Counted from the stretch's first letter, positions 29,013 to 38,367 are shown. The stretch is DNA of 56,236 bases from Nanobdellati archaeon (GCA_018304505.1 JAGVWA010000004.1:1-56236), one strand, 5' to 3'. The notes: generated by a model from the letters alone, not told the origin. A program made the numbers and translations.

Positions 29013-29058
29013 TTGTCGAACGAAACTTTTTATATATACGCGTGGCTAAAAAAATAAT

Positions 29059-29379
29059 ATGTGGGACAGGAAATCCTGGGAAACTGGGGAAAAGCTGCCA
29101 AAGGAAGTTGAAGACGCAATGCTAATGAGGCCAATGATTGTTTACAAAGGCGTGCGTTATTACCCTGGGAAGGGGGACATGGTTTTTGATGACGACAATG
29201 CGGTGCACAAGGTGTTTGACGGTTTCTTAGGTTATGACCTGACGAAACTCAGAAAGGAAATCGCGAGGCAGGAAAACGACTGGCGCCAGGGCATGGAAAT
29301 TTTCCCAGGCATGGCGCAGGAATTCAAGGAATTGGCAGACGCAGCAGCAGTGATTGCCAGCCCAGCAGGCAAGATTTAG
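29059..29379 (+). CDS. MW-family protein
   Basis: TTTATATA box, then MWDRKSWETG. Confidence 0.8.
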   Translation: MWDRKSWETGEKLPKEVEDAMLMRPMIVYKGVRYYPGKGDMVFDDDNAVHKVFDGFLGYDLTKLRKEIARQENDWRQGMEIFPGMAQEFKELADAAAVIASPAGKI

Positions 29380-29403
29380 GTTTTCCTAAATATGAATCTT
29401 ATG

Positions 29404-29682
29404 CTAATAGATTTTGTCGTGGTGGCCAAAATCATAGAATTTAACATGGTCTTTTGATTTTTCATACTTGAAGATCATGACAAAACTCTTCATTATGTGC
29501 ACACGCTTAAGGGCTTGCAGTGGATTGCGTAAGTTTTTGTATCTCTCTATGTCTTCACTTGTCACGATTTCTTCAATTTTCTTCATTGTTGCGTCGTAGG
29601 TCTTTCTATCTTTCTTGTATAATTTCTTAAGTTTTTCCTTCATGGCTTGTTCTATTGAAAAGTCACGCGGTTTCAATCTCAT
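29404..29682 (-). CDS. RelE/YafQ-family toxin
   Basis: YKNLRNPLQALKRVHI...FYDFGHHDKIY. Confidence 0.85.
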   Translation of the reverse strand: MRLKPRDFSIEQAMKEKLKKLYKKDRKTYDATMKKIEEIVTSEDIERYKNLRNPLQALKRVHIMKSFVMIFKYEKSKDHVKFYDFGHHDKIY

Positions 29683-29908
29683 CCCTCAAAGAGTTTACAG
29701 AGCGGTATTTATTGAACTTGCCTTTCTTTTCCAAGTTAAGGATTTTCTTTACAAACTCCGGACGTAGTTCGCGTTCTATGATTTCTTCTCCTGTTTCCAT
29801 TATGATGAATTGGATGGCCTTGTCTTTTGAGGAAAAGCCATAGGCGCTTTTTATAATTCCAACCACTTTGTCGGCATTCCTTTCTAACGTTACAGTTACT
29901 TGGCTCAC
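29663..29908 (-). CDS. Antitoxin of the RelE-like toxin
   Basis: VVGIIKSAYGFSSKDKAI...ELRPEFVKKI; overlaps the toxin start. Confidence 0.75.
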   Translation of the reverse strand: MSQVTVTLERNADKVVGIIKSAYGFSSKDKAIQFIIMETGEEIIERELRPEFVKKILNLEKKGKFNKYRSVNSLRDEIETA

Positions 29909-30033
29909 AAGATCACCTTTATAGCATTTTATAGTAAATTAATGTATTTTGTAGTATATAATGCTTTTTGTGCACCACATAGGTTTAAGTATAAGAATAA
30001 TGCATATTGTGTGTAAGTTACGAGGGATGACTA

Positions 30034-30447
30034 ATGTGGGATTGTGAAGTTTGGGCCAAGGGACTATATGTGGAGGATCCTAAGGAGGTGCCAGAAAGTG
30101 TATGGGAAGCAATGAGGCAAAGGAACGGGGTAAAGATAGAAGATTACGATAACCTCCGGCGTGAATACACTGCCAGTACATATTACAATGGCGATACAGA
30201 TCTGATCAAGCATTACGATAGCTGGATATATAGGGGTTTTGGGGCAGCACCAACTTTCTTTAGGTGTGTTTCTAGGTATACGGATGGGCCCAATGGCGAT
30301 CACTTAACAAAGGAGAGACGAAAACTGGCAGACCTCGCACGTAAAAAGAATAACGAAGCAAATTCAATTCTTGAATTAGCCGACTGCCCGACAGAGTTCG
30401 TAGAGGTTTTCACACCAGAACGCCTAGCGAGGGTTCTGGGTAGATGA
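30034..30447 (+). CDS. MW-family protein
   Basis: MWDCEVW...EVPESVWEAM...YTDGPNGDHLT...SILELA. Confidence 0.8.
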   Translation: MWDCEVWAKGLYVEDPKEVPESVWEAMRQRNGVKIEDYDNLRREYTASTYYNGDTDLIKHYDSWIYRGFGAAPTFFRCVSRYTDGPNGDHLTKERRKLADLARKKNNEANSILELADCPTEFVEVFTPERLARVLGR

Positions 30448-30486
30448 TCTGCTTAATTACACTGGTGCATATTGGGACTGGCAACT

Positions 30487-30551
30487 GCAGCGCAACTTCA
30501 TTTATCAACCACTTTTTTTCTTTTTCCAACTAACGTTTAGTGAAAGCCTTA
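30487..30551. repeat. Third copy of the 23S 3'-flank sequence plus MW-gene upstream region
   Basis: gcagcgcaacttcatttatcaaccactttttttcttttt matches the sequence from 27115 onward. Confidence 0.85.
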
Positions 30552-30603
30552 AATAAATCATGATGCAAATAGAATACTACAAACTTATTAGGGGCGATGA
30601 TTA

Positions 30604-31005
30604 ATGTGGAGCATTAAAGAGTATGATTATAACGAAATTCCAAGACAGCTTTGGGAAGAAATGGAAACAGCAGAATCAGTACTCATATCAGAGGGTGTGG
30701 CGGCACGGTGTACGAGCGTTTTTCCAAACAAGGAGCGCATAATGCTAGCATGGCGGCCAATAGGCCCTGTTGAAATACACACTGATGATGAAAACGGGAA
30801 CCACTTCACCCTTCTGAGACAAGATGTTCTAGAAAGAGCCGAGGAATTCAGATTAAAAAGAAGAGAACAAAGGTCAGCAGGGCTATGGCATGAAGCAGAC
30901 ATATCAGAAGAAAACGCGAAAGCATGCGACAGAAGTTTAGAACTATCTGGGGGGACGCCGGAAAGGCGAGTGCAGCTCGATGATGGCCAGGGCGTTCTCT
31001 ACTAG
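30604..31005 (+). CDS. MW-family protein, paralogue of 27219..27599
   Basis: MWSIKEYDYNEIP...HTDDENGNHFT...ACDRSLELSGGTPERR. Confidence 0.85.
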   Translation: MWSIKEYDYNEIPRQLWEEMETAESVLISEGVAARCTSVFPNKERIMLAWRPIGPVEIHTDDENGNHFTLLRQDVLERAEEFRLKRREQRSAGLWHEADISEENAKACDRSLELSGGTPERRVQLDDGQGVLY

Positions 31006-31036
31006 CTTTTTATGCTATCAAGTCTTTTTCTAAATA

Positions 31037-32680
31037 ATGAAGCCAATAGAAAAAGAAATCTTTGAATTCTGGAAGCAAATCAATCCCGACATAACCTTCA
31101 AGATGGGCCTGAATGATTATGCCGCAACCATGTTCATTCCGTTTACAGAAAACGTTGCAGCGGCAAACAAGCATGTCCAGACCCTAAAAAAACGCACCAA
31201 GGACCCCCGCATTAAAAAATTTCTCGTCGCTATGGAATACTCTTACAAGTACCCGGAGCCAATGGATGGCCCGAACATAATCTTCGGAGTCATTGAAGAC
31301 CACTTAATGAAAGAAGGCATTGACGCAAAACATTTAGAGCTCTTGATAGAACAGTCATACGGCGCACTGGACGCGTACACAGAAGAGTGCTGTCACCTGC
31401 AATGGCCAATAGAAATCCGGATCCTGACGACAAATGCGTGTAATAACTTAATTTCTTTATTGAAAACTATTGAGAAAAACGCGCGCAGTAAACACCTACA
31501 GCAGGACCTGGAAAAACTCATAAACAAAGTCCGGAAGTTCAGGGACGATTACAAGGTAAAAGAAATCAAGCGCGGAGACTTCGGGGAAGTTTACCCAATA
31601 CTGAAGCGGCGCAGCAAGTACATCAACAGAAAAGGGCACTATGCACGCATACTCAAGCACGCGTACGATTACTCTGAAACCCCTGAGCAAATCGAAAACA
31701 AGGCCATGAAATGGCTTGAAGAAGACTTAAAGGCACTTAAGCTGATCAAGAAAAACATTTCCCATATGTACAACTGCAAGAACACAACCAAAGACATTGA
31801 AAAGGAAATCAAGAAACGCACAGGCTTGCCTAGAGCGGATCTCATAGACACTGCGAAGAAGCTCAACAAGCTCCTCAGGCCCATAATGGAAAAGAACTTC
31901 ATCGAAATCAGCAAAACACACAAATCCGAGATAATAGAGACCCCAAGTTACCTGACAACAGTCCTGCCGACAGCCGCATTGACGACCTTCAACAACCTCG
32001 GCAAGGAATTCAAGAACGTGATTTACATTACCACTGACGAGAAAGCAGCGCCAGCAGACTCGATGCCGAGCCTATTGAACACGTTCATTCATGAGGAATA
32101 CGGCCACGGGGTCAACATGAGCAACACAGTTAATGCATACCACAAGAAGAAAATCAGCGTGCTCAGCGTCATTTCAGACTTAGACATTCCAATAACAGAA
32201 GGCATTTCATTCAACAGGGAATATGAAACAATGGCGTACTTCAAGGACCTGCTGATAAAAGAGCTGACAAAGGAAGAGCGGGCTCTGATTCATTTCCTTG
32301 AAAAATTTGGAGGGCTCGAGGAAATAGTCGACTTCATGGAATACGAATTGTACAAGTGGCGTGTCATTAGGTTCCTGAGGGCTATATGTGATGTGCGGGT
32401 CAACACCAACAAGCAGGGCTATTATCGCTTTGTAGAGTGGGCATATCGATTTACGGGCTTAAAGAGGAAGGACGTGTATGACCAAACCTTCTTTTTTATT
32501 GAAACTCCAGGGTATCCTCCAGCATACTCCCTGGCCGGCATGTTCTTGATGGATCTACAACGTAACTCCAATGCACCGTTGAAGAAGATCAATACGTACG
32601 CAGCATCTGTTGGTTTCCCCGGCAAGAGCATCTGGGAAAAGCAGCTTACACAGGAGTTCCCAGCACAGGTTTACAAATAG
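31037..32680 (+). CDS. DUF885-like zinc metallopeptidase
   Basis: FIHEEYGHG...ITEGI...RAICDVRV...PGYPPAY. Confidence 0.7.
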   Translation: MKPIEKEIFEFWKQINPDITFKMGLNDYAATMFIPFTENVAAANKHVQTLKKRTKDPRIKKFLVAMEYSYKYPEPMDGPNIIFGVIEDHLMKEGIDAKHLELLIEQSYGALDAYTEECCHLQWPIEIRILTTNACNNLISLLKTIEKNARSKHLQQDLEKLINKVRKFRDDYKVKEIKRGDFGEVYPILKRRSKYINRKGHYARILKHAYDYSETPEQIENKAMKWLEEDLKALKLIKKNISHMYNCKNTTKDIEKEIKKRTGLPRADLIDTAKKLNKLLRPIMEKNFIEISKTHKSEIIETPSYLTTVLPTAALTTFNNLGKEFKNVIYITTDEKAAPADSMPSLLNTFIHEEYGHGVNMSNTVNAYHKKKISVLSVISDLDIPITEGISFNREYETMAYFKDLLIKELTKEERALIHFLEKFGGLEEIVDFMEYELYKWRVIRFLRAICDVRVNTNKQGYYRFVEWAYRFTGLKRKDVYDQTFFFIETPGYPPAYSLAGMFLMDLQRNSNAPLKKINTYAASVGFPGKSIWEKQLTQEFPAQVYK

Positions 32681-32944
32681 TGCCGCTGAAAAAAGCCTCA
32701 GCAGCGCCGTTTTCTGGGCCCATGTGGTCGTAAAATATCTCCCGGATCACTTCATCTAGGGCCTGCTCAATTTCTGGTGTCGCGTGTATTGATTTCAGCA
32801 AGTCAGCCCTCAATGCCGTAATGGCCTCTTTTGAATTATCGCTATCTTTTCGCCAGTTCCTCTTATGTGAGTCAGGGGGCTGTACAACATACTTCCAGCA
32901 GATACATTTATATTGCAGTGTGCTCAGAATCCTCATTGAGTAAC

Positions 32945-33193
32945 ATGTGGCAAACACGAGCGCAGCTGTATAAATCAATCAGGGATGTAGTTACTGAGCC
33001 TGACGGCGACAAGCGGGTAGATGCCCTCTTACGCATGGATCAGACGCTGCGCAGCGAAGCCGATGAATTTAATGAACTCGCAAATTCCCGCGTTTTGGAT
33101 GATGCGGAGTGTGACGACTTGATACGGCTTGTCAGGCAGCAGGAAGTGATTGACGGGTTGCTTAGCATGGAAATTCGCACTACGGGGAAATGA
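32945..33193 (+). CDS. MW-family small acidic protein
   Basis: MWQTRAQLYK. Confidence 0.75.
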   Translation: MWQTRAQLYKSIRDVVTEPDGDKRVDALLRMDQTLRSEADEFNELANSRVLDDAECDDLIRLVRQQEVIDGLLSMEIRTTGK

Positions 33194-33195
33194 AC

Positions 33196-33498
33196 ATGTG
33201 GGCTACCATAATAAACTATGAGAAATACTGCCACACCTATGGTGGCGAATCAGAGGGGGGGCCACGGCCGCCTGATTTTCTCGCTATTGACGGTACAACA
33301 GAGGGGGACATACTGGTCTTTGAACCGCATGAGAGCACTGTTGTGCGTCAATTCTTAGATGGCGATGATGGCAGGGTAAGAGAGAATTTCTATAGGCACA
33401 TGACAAAGATAAGGGACACACCGCGGGGGTCAAGAACAGCATACGAGATGGGAAGTTTTCTTAGGAGAGAAGCGCGTAAATGCGGGGCACTGATGTAA
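33196..33498 (+). CDS. MW-family small protein
   Basis: MWATIINYEK (alternative ATG at 33190). Confidence 0.7.
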   Translation: MWATIINYEKYCHTYGGESEGGPRPPDFLAIDGTTEGDILVFEPHESTVVRQFLDGDDGRVRENFYRHMTKIRDTPRGSRTAYEMGSFLRREARKCGALM

Positions 33499-33499
33499 A

Positions 33500-33751
33500 A
33501 TGTGGGCTGACGAAGTATCCATGAAAGAGTATTTTAGTGGGCGGAGCGCTGGAAAATACGTGCGCTTTTTTCCAGTATTTGACGGCTCGAAAAACAGGGG
33601 GGTGGCGCTGACGCCCGCTGATGATGAGCGTTACCAGCAGTTGTCGGGCGAGCAAAAAAAGCAGTTGGGCTTGTCGCTTAACAGAAACGAAGTGGATTTT
33701 ATGCCTCCTGCTAAGTGGGTTAATGATTTCCTTAAAATGCACGGCAAGTGA
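33500..33751 (+). CDS. MW-family small protein
   Basis: MWADEVSMKE, 1 nt after the previous stop. Confidence 0.75.
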   Translation: MWADEVSMKEYFSGRSAGKYVRFFPVFDGSKNRGVALTPADDERYQQLSGEQKKQLGLSLNRNEVDFMPPAKWVNDFLKMHGK

Positions 33752-33796
33752 GGAATGTAGTTGAAACTTGAGGGGAGATAAGTGTGCGCGAAGAAA

Positions 33797-34015
33797 ATGG
33801 ACTGGCTGGAGCAGCTGAAAAAACACGATCAATACCCGGGTGTGTTTCCGATGCACGCGGGCAACGTCATGGGTTTGACTGAAAAGGAAATCGAAACAGT
33901 ATTGCGATTGTCTAATGAAGACCTCAATAAATTAGAAGAAGAAGTTCTGGCAGGTTTAATGACGCAGGAACAGCTCACCGTGTTTCTAGAAACCAAAATC
34001 ACGCACCGAGAATGA
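33797..34015 (+). CDS. Small acidic protein (MDW start)
   Basis: MDWLEQLKKH..., continues the MW gene run. Confidence 0.6.
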   Translation: MDWLEQLKKHDQYPGVFPMHAGNVMGLTEKEIETVLRLSNEDLNKLEEEVLAGLMTQEQLTVFLETKITHRE

Positions 34016-34083
34016 AATTAACCCATGCGAGTTGTATGAATGTTTAAATACAAGTTATGCGCTAATAGTAAGTGGGGTGTACA

Positions 34084-34215
34084 TGGCGCCCGGAGAGGGA
34101 TTTCCGCTATGCGGAAAGCTCAACGAACTGCGTTCGTTGCAGATTTGAACCCTCGTTGCGGCAATGCCGCGCTCGTTTGTAAAACGAGTCCTCTACCCGG
34201 CTAAGGTATCCGGGC
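34084..34215 (-). tRNA. Atypical tRNA: TAC (Val) anticodon, long variable arm, G73, encoded CCA, 43-nt T-loop insertion (34101..34143)
   Basis: GCCCGGA/TCCGGGC acceptor, CTCGT-TTTACAA-ACGAG anticodon arm, GCGGC-ATT-GCCGC variable arm, GAGGG-TTCAAA[insert]T-CCCTC. Confidence 0.8.
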
Positions 34216-34326
34216 GTCATGCATATCTACTATCTTTTGTTCAATATAAGCTTTCCGTAAACCGATTTTAGTGAATTTGAGTTAATTTTGGTTTATTGAT
34301 TCTATTGATCTTACTTGATTTTATTT

Positions 34327-35055
34327 TCAAAACAAGACCAGGCCATCTGCAATGAACTTCAAGCTGACAAGGGCTATGGCCGCCAGGACAAGCCTCTTGA
34401 ACCTTGCTTGAGGGATCCGGTCAACGATTTTTCTGCCGATAAATGACCCAGAAATCGCGAGCAAGAACAATATTGGGATGAAATAGTAAAACTCCTGCGG
34501 AAGAAAGCCCCCGCTGATGTATATTGGAATTCTCGTCAGGTCTACAGCAAGCGCAATGGCGGCGGACGTGGCAATGTAAACTTCTTTTTTCAGGTTAAAC
34601 GCTGTCAGGAACGCCCCCCTGAGCGCGCCGCCTGTGCCAATGAGGCCCGCGAGAAAACCAGAGATAGAGCCGCCAATGACGCTGTTCTTCTTTGTGGCTG
34701 GAAACGATACGCTCGGCTTGAATAGCATTGTTATCGAGTAAAGCAGCAGGAAGATGCCAAGAATGAACTTCAACGTAACCTGGGGGATGCTGTTTACCAG
34801 CAATGCCCCGACGATGGTGAAAACAACAGCGGGTAGGCCAAAGATCATCATTAAGCGCTTGTCAAAGCCGTGCCTGAAAAACGTTATCCTGCCGAGGTTT
34901 CCGAAGACGTGGAAAATCGCGACAAGCACAAGGGCTGTCTGGAAGTCCAGGAAAAAAAGCGAGATCGGCAGGAACAGTGTGGACGAGCCAAAACCGGCTA
35001 TGGTGCCGGCTATTTCAGATGCCAGTGCGCCGAGCCAGAAAAGAGAGCTCACCAT
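34327..35055 (-). CDS. TauE/SafE (DUF81) family membrane protein
   Basis: GTIAGFGSS and GFLAGLIGTGG repeat motifs; many TM segments. Confidence 0.9.
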   Translation of the reverse strand: MVSSLFWLGALASEIAGTIAGFGSSTLFLPISLFFLDFQTALVLVAIFHVFGNLGRITFFRHGFDKRLMMIFGLPAVVFTIVGALLVNSIPQVTLKFILGIFLLLYSITMLFKPSVSFPATKKNSVIGGSISGFLAGLIGTGGALRGAFLTAFNLKKEVYIATSAAIALAVDLTRIPIYISGGFLPQEFYYFIPILFLLAISGSFIGRKIVDRIPQARFKRLVLAAIALVSLKFIADGLVLF

Positions 35056-35118
35056 AAATGGTGTGACTCATGCAGGGTATAAAAGTTTGTATGGTTGCCT
35101 TACTGGCGTAGCAGGCGT

Positions 35119-35328
35119 TCACTCTTCTTCATCAGAAGGGGGAGTGAAGCCCATTTCTGCAATGCGGCCCTCCGCTTCACGTGCAGCCGCCAATGCATTA
35201 TACACCAATTCCGCGCTTTCTTGATTTGGGGTGTGTCCCATCAGGTATGACGTAACAGTTCGTTCTAATATTGGTGGCCAACCCTGGGCCAGCTGGCCCT
35301 TGCCAGTAGGTTTACTGTTTTCCCACAT
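35119..35328 (-). CDS. MW-family small acidic protein
   Basis: MWENSKPTGK; TTTATAAA box and GGAGATGA upstream. Confidence 0.75.
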   Translation of the reverse strand: MWENSKPTGKGQLAQGWPPILERTVTSYLMGHTPNQESAELVYNALAAAREAEGRIAEMGFTPPSDEEE

Positions 35329-35434
35329 GTATTAATCATCTCCCACTTTTTGGTATTTAGTGTATTATTAAAGGCGCATTAGTTTATAAAGTTTTCTATC
35401 AAAATTCACTAACTTTTTAATGGTTTTTGTGCTA

Positions 35435-37738
35435 TTAATTACTAATTTTCTTCATGGCCTCTTCGGTTTTCTTTTTGCGCCTCTGCTGCTCATGCAGTCG
35501 CGCCATGATCACTGCTGGTCCCGCGGCTCCAAGGGTGCCGCTTTCGATCAGGCGTTTTATGCGCTCGTCCATTTGTTTTCTTTCATCCACTTTTCGGTTG
35601 TACTCCTGCTTTAGTTCTGAGAGCCGTTTCCTTGACTTGGCCTGTCGCTCACGTTTTGCCTCTTCCAGTTTCGCCATTGCACGTTTTTTTAATCTCAATT
35701 GGTAAAATCGCCTCAGGGCTAGTGCTCTTTCTTCAGCACTTGCTAGATGGCCTTTGGTTTTCAACGGCGAAATATTGTAGTGCTCCAGCCATTTTCTGTA
35801 GTTTTCCCAGTACTCATTTTCCTTTGCCCAGCCTTTTCGGTGGAGTTCCTTGGCCCGTTTTTGTTTTCTTGCTGATGTTGAATACGCAACTTTTCTTTCC
35901 AGCCTTTGTTTTTGGGCTTGTTTTTTTTGTTCTTTGAGGATTTTTTGTTCTTTGAGGATTTTTTGTTCTTCGAGGATTTTTTGTTCTTCGAGGATTTTGC
36001 GACGCTCTATGGCTATTCGGTATGTTTCGCTTGTAATCATTGCGCGCGCTTCGTCACTTCCTTTTAGTCCGAGTAAGCCTGTTAGCCGTGCCAGGAAGTC
36101 GTGGGCCTTTGCCCCGATTCGTGCCTCTAATTCTCGCTTGTCCTTTCCGCTTTCTTTGTGCGCTTCCCGGAATGCTGTGTCGATGGTCTGTTCTATTTCG
36201 GGTTTTAGCGCGGCTACTAATGCTGTTCGCTCTTCGGGCTTAGTTAGGGTTGCTAGTTGCTCGTTGAGGGCCTTCTTTCCGTGGTCTGTTACGGCGTGCG
36301 CCTTTAGTTGCCTGCGCACTTCTGTTATTATCCCTCTTCTTTGTTTTTCAAGTGCTGCCCCTGCTTCTTTTTGCCTTTGTTGTTCTTCTGCACGCAGGTG
36401 CGCCTCGATTTCTGCCTTCTGCTTTTCTTCTTTCATGTGTTCCGCTTGTTCCGTAACTCGTAATAATATCTCAGAGTTTAGGATTTGCCTTGCATTACTT
36501 GGGAGTCGCAGATGCATTGTGAGGGCTGCGAGTCTTGTGTTTTTTTGTTCATTAGCCATCGTTTCGAGCGCATTAAGTAGGTTGTCGGTAATTGACTGCG
36601 AGATGGTAACCAGTTTTTTCCTGCCTTTTAGCTGCTGCTCTACTTCGCTGTCAAGCAGGTTTTTTATGGATTCAAGCGACAGCAGTTCAGTTATCTCCCC
36701 ACCAGGGACGCTGTAGCCTTCTGTGAAAAGCCTTAGTTCATACACCACCTTATCGAAGTAGGCCTTTTCCCGAGCGTTCGGCATTATAACGCTGCGGTAG
36801 GGGTTTTTGACCATTGCTAGCATGACTTTGTTGGCATAGGCTTGCGGGCTTATCACGGGTTGGACAAGCGCCTTGAGCGAGGTTGCTTTAGCCAGTGGAA
36901 TGCCTATCCTGCTCAATGTTTGGCCGTATTCATGAGAGCGAATGTTTTCAAGCACCCTGGCTTCTTGTTCTGGCGTCAGCTGGTCTATCGTGACGATCTG
37001 CACGTTTTGTTGCGCCCAATGTTCCCTTAGTTTATCATCGACTTTAAAGCCCGGCGTGGTTATCATCAATATGCCGCCGTTTATAAGCCTCCCGCGTTTC
37101 GTTTTCCCAAGGTATTTCGCTATTGTTCTATTTATGAGCGATTCTGCGCGTTCTTGTGTTCCTGGGTTCCTGAATTTTACCTCTAAGAACTTTAGCATAC
37201 TCTCATCAGATGGGGGTTGGATGCCCGGTACACTAACCCACTTTCTTGTTGTTACTAGGGCATCTGGCGTTAGTGGTAGCATGTCATAAGGCTTATCAAG
37301 CTTATATGGCTGTGATTTTTCAGGGCCGCCTAGTGGATCTAGTGTAACGTCATGTGAGAGTAATGTTTGGAATATCGATTCTCCAACAACTTCTCCGATA
37401 ACGCCCCGCGCGTCAATAAAGTGCCAGAAAGCGTCAGCAAATGTGTCAGCAAGTTCCTTGTCGCCTGTTAAATCCAGAATTTTGTAGCGCACCCCTTCGG
37501 TTTGCACGTTCAAGTTTTTTTCAAATTTGGCTGCAGCTAGGGAGAACCATGTTGCGAACATTTCGTTAAAGTTGTGCCGTGTCACGGATGTGTCTTGATT
37601 CGTAGTTTGTTTTATGAATGCACTGTAAAGGTTGCTGCAGTCCTTTTTGGTCATGTCAGGGTTTATGGACTTGCGATTCTTGAGAATGAACTTGTACGCT
37701 GCAGCCCTCACGCCTTGAGTGCTTTCATTGATTGCCAT
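35435..37738 (-). CDS. Large basic protein with PD-(D/E)XK nuclease-like domain and coiled-coil tail
   Basis: RGVIGEVVG...TPDALV...FLEVKFR; K/R/E-rich tail. Confidence 0.75.
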   Translation of the reverse strand: MAINESTQGVRAAAYKFILKNRKSINPDMTKKDCSNLYSAFIKQTTNQDTSVTRHNFNEMFATWFSLAAAKFEKNLNVQTEGVRYKILDLTGDKELADTFADAFWHFIDARGVIGEVVGESIFQTLLSHDVTLDPLGGPEKSQPYKLDKPYDMLPLTPDALVTTRKWVSVPGIQPPSDESMLKFLEVKFRNPGTQERAESLINRTIAKYLGKTKRGRLINGGILMITTPGFKVDDKLREHWAQQNVQIVTIDQLTPEQEARVLENIRSHEYGQTLSRIGIPLAKATSLKALVQPVISPQAYANKVMLAMVKNPYRSVIMPNAREKAYFDKVVYELRLFTEGYSVPGGEITELLSLESIKNLLDSEVEQQLKGRKKLVTISQSITDNLLNALETMANEQKNTRLAALTMHLRLPSNARQILNSEILLRVTEQAEHMKEEKQKAEIEAHLRAEEQQRQKEAGAALEKQRRGIITEVRRQLKAHAVTDHGKKALNEQLATLTKPEERTALVAALKPEIEQTIDTAFREAHKESGKDKRELEARIGAKAHDFLARLTGLLGLKGSDEARAMITSETYRIAIERRKILEEQKILEEQKILKEQKILKEQKKQAQKQRLERKVAYSTSARKQKRAKELHRKGWAKENEYWENYRKWLEHYNISPLKTKGHLASAEERALALRRFYQLRLKKRAMAKLEEAKRERQAKSRKRLSELKQEYNRKVDERKQMDERIKRLIESGTLGAAGPAVIMARLHEQQRRKKKTEEAMKKISN
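35923..35998. repeat. 18-bp tandem repeat x4, IL(E/K)EQK
   Basis: ttttttgttctt(t/c)gagga occurs four times. Confidence 0.9.
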
Positions 37739-37816
37739 GTTGCTGATTACGAGCAATAGATTTATAAACACTGCTCAAGAAGGGTATATTACCTATACAG
37801 GTTCCGCCTTGGCGGA

Positions 37817-38093
37817 GAGAAGTGGAACGAGGCTAACGCTCCTTTCTGCAAAGAACGTAGTTCTTTGAGACCTCAACGAAACCCCGGTTTCGTTGCAGGC
37901 GCGGAGTGAGGAAGTTCTCCCCACCCGTCCAACTTGTTTGGATGATTAAAAACACCGGAGACGGTGAGGGCAGGATCAGAAACGCTACCCGGCATTTCGG
38001 TGTTGGGATGAAACGTGCTTGTCCTAGGTGCAAGGCAGTACGCCGCTTAGTAGAATGCCTCATGTACAGAAGGGAGACTATGAGCCACTTCTC
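37817..38093 (+). ncRNA. rnpB: Archaeal RNase P RNA
   Basis: P1 gagaagtgg/ccacttctc; CR-I gaggaagttctcccc; CR-IV gcttagtagaatg; CR-V acagaagggagactat pairing with CR-I. Confidence 0.9.
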
Positions 38094-38367
38094 ACCCTTT
38101 ATCTTGATCTATCAATCCGGTAATGCCTTTCCATACGTGCCCTACAACGCCGTCATTGGTGTATGGCCTTATCGCATCGCAGACCCCTGTTCGTAGGTCT
38201 CGCAGTTCTTCTGGCGTAAAATCAGTTTTTTCAAGCGCGGCTATTCCCGGTATAGCTAAGTCGGGACGTAAGCGTTTTAGTTCCTCGAAAACAATCATTC
38301 GCTTGTTTGCCCCGTAGCGGTTCATGCCAGGCAGGTGTGAAATGTCGTCTAACAGTGGTTGCCACAT
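38092..38367 (-). CDS. MW-family small protein
   Basis: MWQPLLDDIS; TTTATAAA box upstream. Confidence 0.75.
   Translation of the reverse strand: MWQPLLDDISHLPGMNRYGANKRMIVFEELKRLRPDLAIPGIAALEKTDFTPEELRDLRTGVCDAIRPYTNDGVVGHVWKGITGLIDQDKG

Noticed and set aside
26008-30551. 30-bp repeats as CRISPR or IS ends
   Set aside because: They are kilobases apart, in direct orientation, derived from the rRNA flank, and no transposase is present.
32646-32978. Minus-strand ORF resembling an acidic MW-like protein
   Set aside because: The middle looks protein-like, but there is no credible start and it overlaps both neighbours; possibly a remnant.
34084-34215. tRNA-Sec, ochre suppressor or plus-strand tRNA-Tyr
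   Set aside because: The fold is 7/5 with loop TTTACAA giving TAC, not TCA or TTA; the T-arm and CCA exist only on the minus strand.
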